Below are positions 60,120 to 64,000 of a DNA stretch of 64,000 nucleotides, piece after piece. The DNA is from Vicugna vicugna (taxonomy: Eukaryota): the NCBI GenBank assembly GCA_013265495.1, contig MU058289.1, positions 992,001-1,056,000 on the forward strand, written 5' to 3'. The position numbers and the translations under genes are program-made. Positions within the stretch are counted from its first letter, which is position 1; each line of letters opens with the position of its first letter. The notes below the pieces were generated by a model. It saw only the letters and a program-made list of their open reading frames with translations. It did not search any database and was not told the origin of the DNA.

Positions 60120-63100
60120 ATCAGTGCAAGTGTCCCCCAGGGAGGAGATATCATGGAAGGATGAGACTTGCAAGGGATTTGTGGGGGCAAAATATCTTTA
60201 AAGGACAAAGGGGAACAAGAGGTACACAGAGCTTTCAGAACTCATTGCATGGAGGACACATAACAAAAGAAAGAGAGAAGGAAAGATTTCGTAGAAAATG
60301 CATCACTCCTCAGCACAGTTAGGAGCCATTCTTGGCCAGGCCAATTGGGGATCCTGGTGCCATACTTATTCTCTAGCGTGTGATCCCATTAGGCGGGAAG
60401 GGCAAGGTTCTTGTACCTCTGCTGGGCAGTCATTAGATGGAAACAGCCCAGTGGAAGTGAGGCCTGGAATAAACTGTGGTGGATCTAAGAGCACAGCACC
60501 TGGAAGCTGTCAATCAGCTCTGCTCCAGCTGCAACAGGGTCTCTTGGAGGGAGTTCTGAGCAGGGTGCTTCCATGGCTACCCTTGCACTGCCCAGATCCA
60601 CTTGTGCCTGCACATTTAGGGAGTGGTTCCTCCATCATTCCTGAAGATCTCCACTCCTGAGCTGGTGGAAAGAACTATGGCCACCATTGCTGTTATGTGG
60701 CTGGGGTCACAAATGGTACTCGCTCCTCTAATATCCATTTTACATTTCATTTACCCTCAGCAGGTCTTGGTGGCAAACGTAATGATGTGACCCAACTCTT
60801 CTTTCTAGAAGGGAATGAGCTCTTAGTAATTATATCCTTCACAGGCTGAGGTTACTTCACATGTCCATTCACAGTAACATTTGGACAAGGTGTACCAAGA
60901 GCTACCTAAGTAACCACTAGAGTTACACACGTTCCTTTTTCCCCTCGTTGTAAAAAAGAAGTCCTACTTCCCTCCGTTCATCAAGATCAATTACCTAGGT
61001 TGAGGTGATGACTATTTTTCCTGTTTGCTGGTCCTTAGACAGAAGGTGTCCAAAGTTCCCTGGGTGCAGCCATAACTCATAGTTAAAAGGGATCCATGCT
61101 ATCTCTGAGTCAATAGTGACCTCTTTTTGAATTAGGACCACTAACCAAGCAGGTCCTAAAGGTGTGGATACTGTTAGCAAAATGCTTCCAAAAGGGTCAT
61201 TGGGATTGACAGTAAGTGGCGTCAATTCTAGTCTTTGGTTCCCAGACCTATGTCTTATTCCTAACAGGGACGTAGAATTGCATAGAGATATCACTGATTT
61301 AGTGCATGTATTGTTTCACAAAGGATAGCACCCCATCCTTGCAGAGTGTAGTCTCTGAGCTGGTGCTTCAGCAGTGATTTCTGTAGGCCACTCCAGTAAT
61401 TTAGGGTCAGCTACTTAATGGTATTGTACATGATATGACCAGTAAGTTCCATGGTAATGGGTCCACTCCCTCAACCCCTGCACTGTGAGGGGCTCCGGTC
61501 AGATGCTATGCTTTGTAGAATTCCATACCTGTAGAGAAGGCATTCCACATGCCCCAGTAGTGGTACTGGCAGATGGTATGTGGCAGGAAAACAAACGCAT
61601 ACCTGAAATAGGGGTATATTTCTTTGAGGATGAACTGGTCACTCTTCCAAGATGGAAGGGTGGCCACTTTGCCTGCTCAAGGACTTGTACTGAGTTGCCA
61701 TTCAAAGGCAGCAGTAGCTAACTTGACAAGTATATGTTGACGCTATAGGACTGATGGGCTAGCCTCCATCTCTACTGCGTTGGGTACTTCATTCATGTGC
61801 CCATTGTGCTAGTTACAGAGTTGTGGCTGATGCAGATTGTTGTCACTGGCTGAGTCTTTTTAATCCCTTTGTTTGTTCATTGTCTGTTCCACAGTGGATG
61901 CTTTCAGTGGGTGTTAAACTGTGATGCAAAAATCTTTACACTATGTATTGACTTCTGTATTTCAGTTGGATGCTTCTATCCCAAACTTCCTTGTCTCCAA
62001 TCATCCAGTTCTTTTCTTTCAAGGTCCCTGACCAGACATCTAGGCCATGAGCCACTGCCCAGGAATCTCTGTATATCCTCACCTCAGGCCACTTCTTCCA
62101 CATAAAGTGGATGACCAGGTGCTCTGCTTACAGCTCAACTAAATGGGAACGTTTTTTCCTCTCCACTGTCTTTCAGGGCTGTTTCAGAATATGGCTCTAA
62201 GGCACCCATTCACAGAAATGACCTGTCCACATTCTTCAGCTGGTCATAAAAGCCCCTTCTAAGGCTATAGGGGTGAACTGAGTTAGGGATGCAGCAAATG
62301 GTGGTTTATGTGTAACTTATTTTTTTTTTAATGTGTAACTTATTTTTGAACTGTGATCTTGCTCAGGCTCAATCGTGGACGTGCCATTTCCATTTTGTGA
62401 TGAACACCTGCTGGGCCTCTTCAACTTCATGACTTGGTTGGTCAAACAGAACTGTAGTTCATAAAAGTCAATTCCTAATGCATGGTCACTTAGTGCCCCA
62501 TGGTCAGGCAGTACATCTTTACTAGGGCTTAGTGATACATAAGGAGCTTCTTATAAAAAATCTTCTAATTCTCTGTTATAGATGGCATGGCCTCGCTCCA
62601 AAGCCAGGGAACTGCACTGTGATTCTTCCACTGGGTCTTGGCACAAAAACCAGACTACATTGTTTCTCAACACCGATATCTCCAACACATTAGGATCTGC
62701 TGGATCTGCTGTTAAGCTCTAGGTCCCACTCAAATCTGGGAACCTTCTGTGCCACCCAGCATATAAGCCAATATAGTATTCCTTGGTGTGCAATGTTTTT
62801 CCTTCAAAAATCAAAAAGATGTCCTAGGCTCTGTGCATCCTTTTCCTGTGGAAAGGATTTAAGATACAGCAATTTGTCCTTCCTTTTAGAGTGGATATCC
62901 TGGCATGCCCTCACCACTGTACCCTAAAATTTCACTGAAGTAACAAGTCCCTGACTCTTCATATGGTTTATCTCCTACCCTCCGGAGCACATGTGTCATA
63001 TCAAGGTCTCCAGCACGCTGGCCTCCTTTTGCTCTTCCTTCTCAATCAGCATAATGTCAGTGTAGTGAGGTGTGTTGTGGGTTATCTAGGTGGCTCTGGC

Positions 63101-63290
63101 TAGTTCCAACCTAATCATGACAGAGAATATGAGAATTAACACAGCCTTGGGACAAAACTATAAATTAATTTTGTTTTCCACTCCATGTGAATACAAATGG
63201 TTTCTGTCTCTTTTCTGAGAAGAACAGAAAAGGACATACTTGTCAAATCAATGTTCAGATACCCATGTCCTTATCAACCAATTGTAGGAG
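60120..63290 (-). mobile_element. Ancient ERVL provirus (ERV3-16A3/LTR16-like): 3' LTR ~60120-60585 plus degenerate pol/integrase
   Basis: The minus strand gives decayed RT motifs VLSQGCVNSHILCHD (~63115-63160, cf. LPQGY.NS) and CACTACACTGACATTATGCTGATT (~63045-63068, cf. HYIDDIML). ORF 60995-61294 is ERVL-like (HRSGNQRLELTPLTVNPNDP). Confidence 0.7.
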
Positions 63291-63299
63291 ATCTTGAAC

Positions 63300-64000
63300 T
63301 GGTTTTGTAATATGTTGATGGGAAGAAATCATATGAGATTGTATTAGTAGGAAATGAGGTAATGGAATATCAAAAAGAAAATTCACAAAGGAAAATCAGA
63401 ACATTATAAAGAAATCAGTTAAAGATGATGTCAACAACAAGGATTAATGACATCTTCCTGGTTACGAGACAAGGGACCCTATAAATACCCAGAAGTTTCT
63501 GATTTTTTTTTTACAAAGGGTGGGGTGTGAGAGAAGGTTTCATTTAGGGAGGAAGACAACGATTCTAATTTTCTGAATACTGAGAATGAAATGAGTGAAG
63601 GCTCCCAGTGGAGCTCTTTTGTAGACAGGCATACAAAGACTCGAGTGTGTACAATTCATTGGGGTTGGAGAGACCCAGCTGGGAGCCAATTGCCAGCATG
63701 ATGTGAAGAGCTAATAGTTTCAGAATGGTTGAATGGAGTTAGCATATAGAAGAGATGATGAAATATTCCAACTGGCATCTTAGGGTAAGGAAGTAGTAAA
63801 AAAAGAAGAGGCAATGAAAAAAAAAATGGAAAATGAGCTTAAAGGAGTCATCCAAGCCGAGACAGGAAGTAAATTCAGGAACGTATTCTATAGTTTCCAA
63901 GGTAGCAGAAACATGGGATTAAAAGCAGGCAAGAGGGACACTCAAGAACTTAACTCTGATATCAGCACAGAGGAAGCATAAATGTGATTAGACAGGTGAG
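63300..64000. mobile_element. Degraded L2 fragment
   Basis: Purine-rich L2-like motifs (TTTCATTTAGGGAGGAAGAC, ATACTGAGAATGAAATG, GTTTCCAAGGTAG). Confidence 0.45.

Overview
This is mammalian, repeat-rich DNA, probably from a camelid (a Vic-1-like tRNA-derived SINE and a young cetartiodactyl-type L1 3' UTR are present). It holds two convergent KRAB-C2H2 zinc-finger genes, recognised from recalled human protein sequences. ZNF792 is on + (KRAB-A, KRAB-B and finger exons; exon 1 is not in the window). ZNF30 is on - (all four coding exons plus a CpG-island promoter). This is the tail-to-tail pair of human 19q13.11. A single-exon vomeronasal type-1 receptor gene (-) is broken by one 1-bp frameshift. 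The rest is interspersed repeat: an antisense ERV1 provirus in ZNF792 intron 1, solo LTRs, L1s of several ages, L2, MIR, hAT fossils and an ERVL provirus. I found no new multi-gene system. The most notable item is the remodelled ZNF30 finger array. It shows an 11-finger (924-bp) tandem duplication, a 440-bp perfectly identical tract between the copies, and a 74-bp microhomology deletion that frameshifts off five C-terminal fingers, which are now decaying. Smaller oddities are a ~320-bp L1 made of only its two termini, a 57-bp locally templated insertion and a poly(A)-only insertion. Gene and repeat-family names come from memory, not database searches, and most repeat boundaries are approximate.
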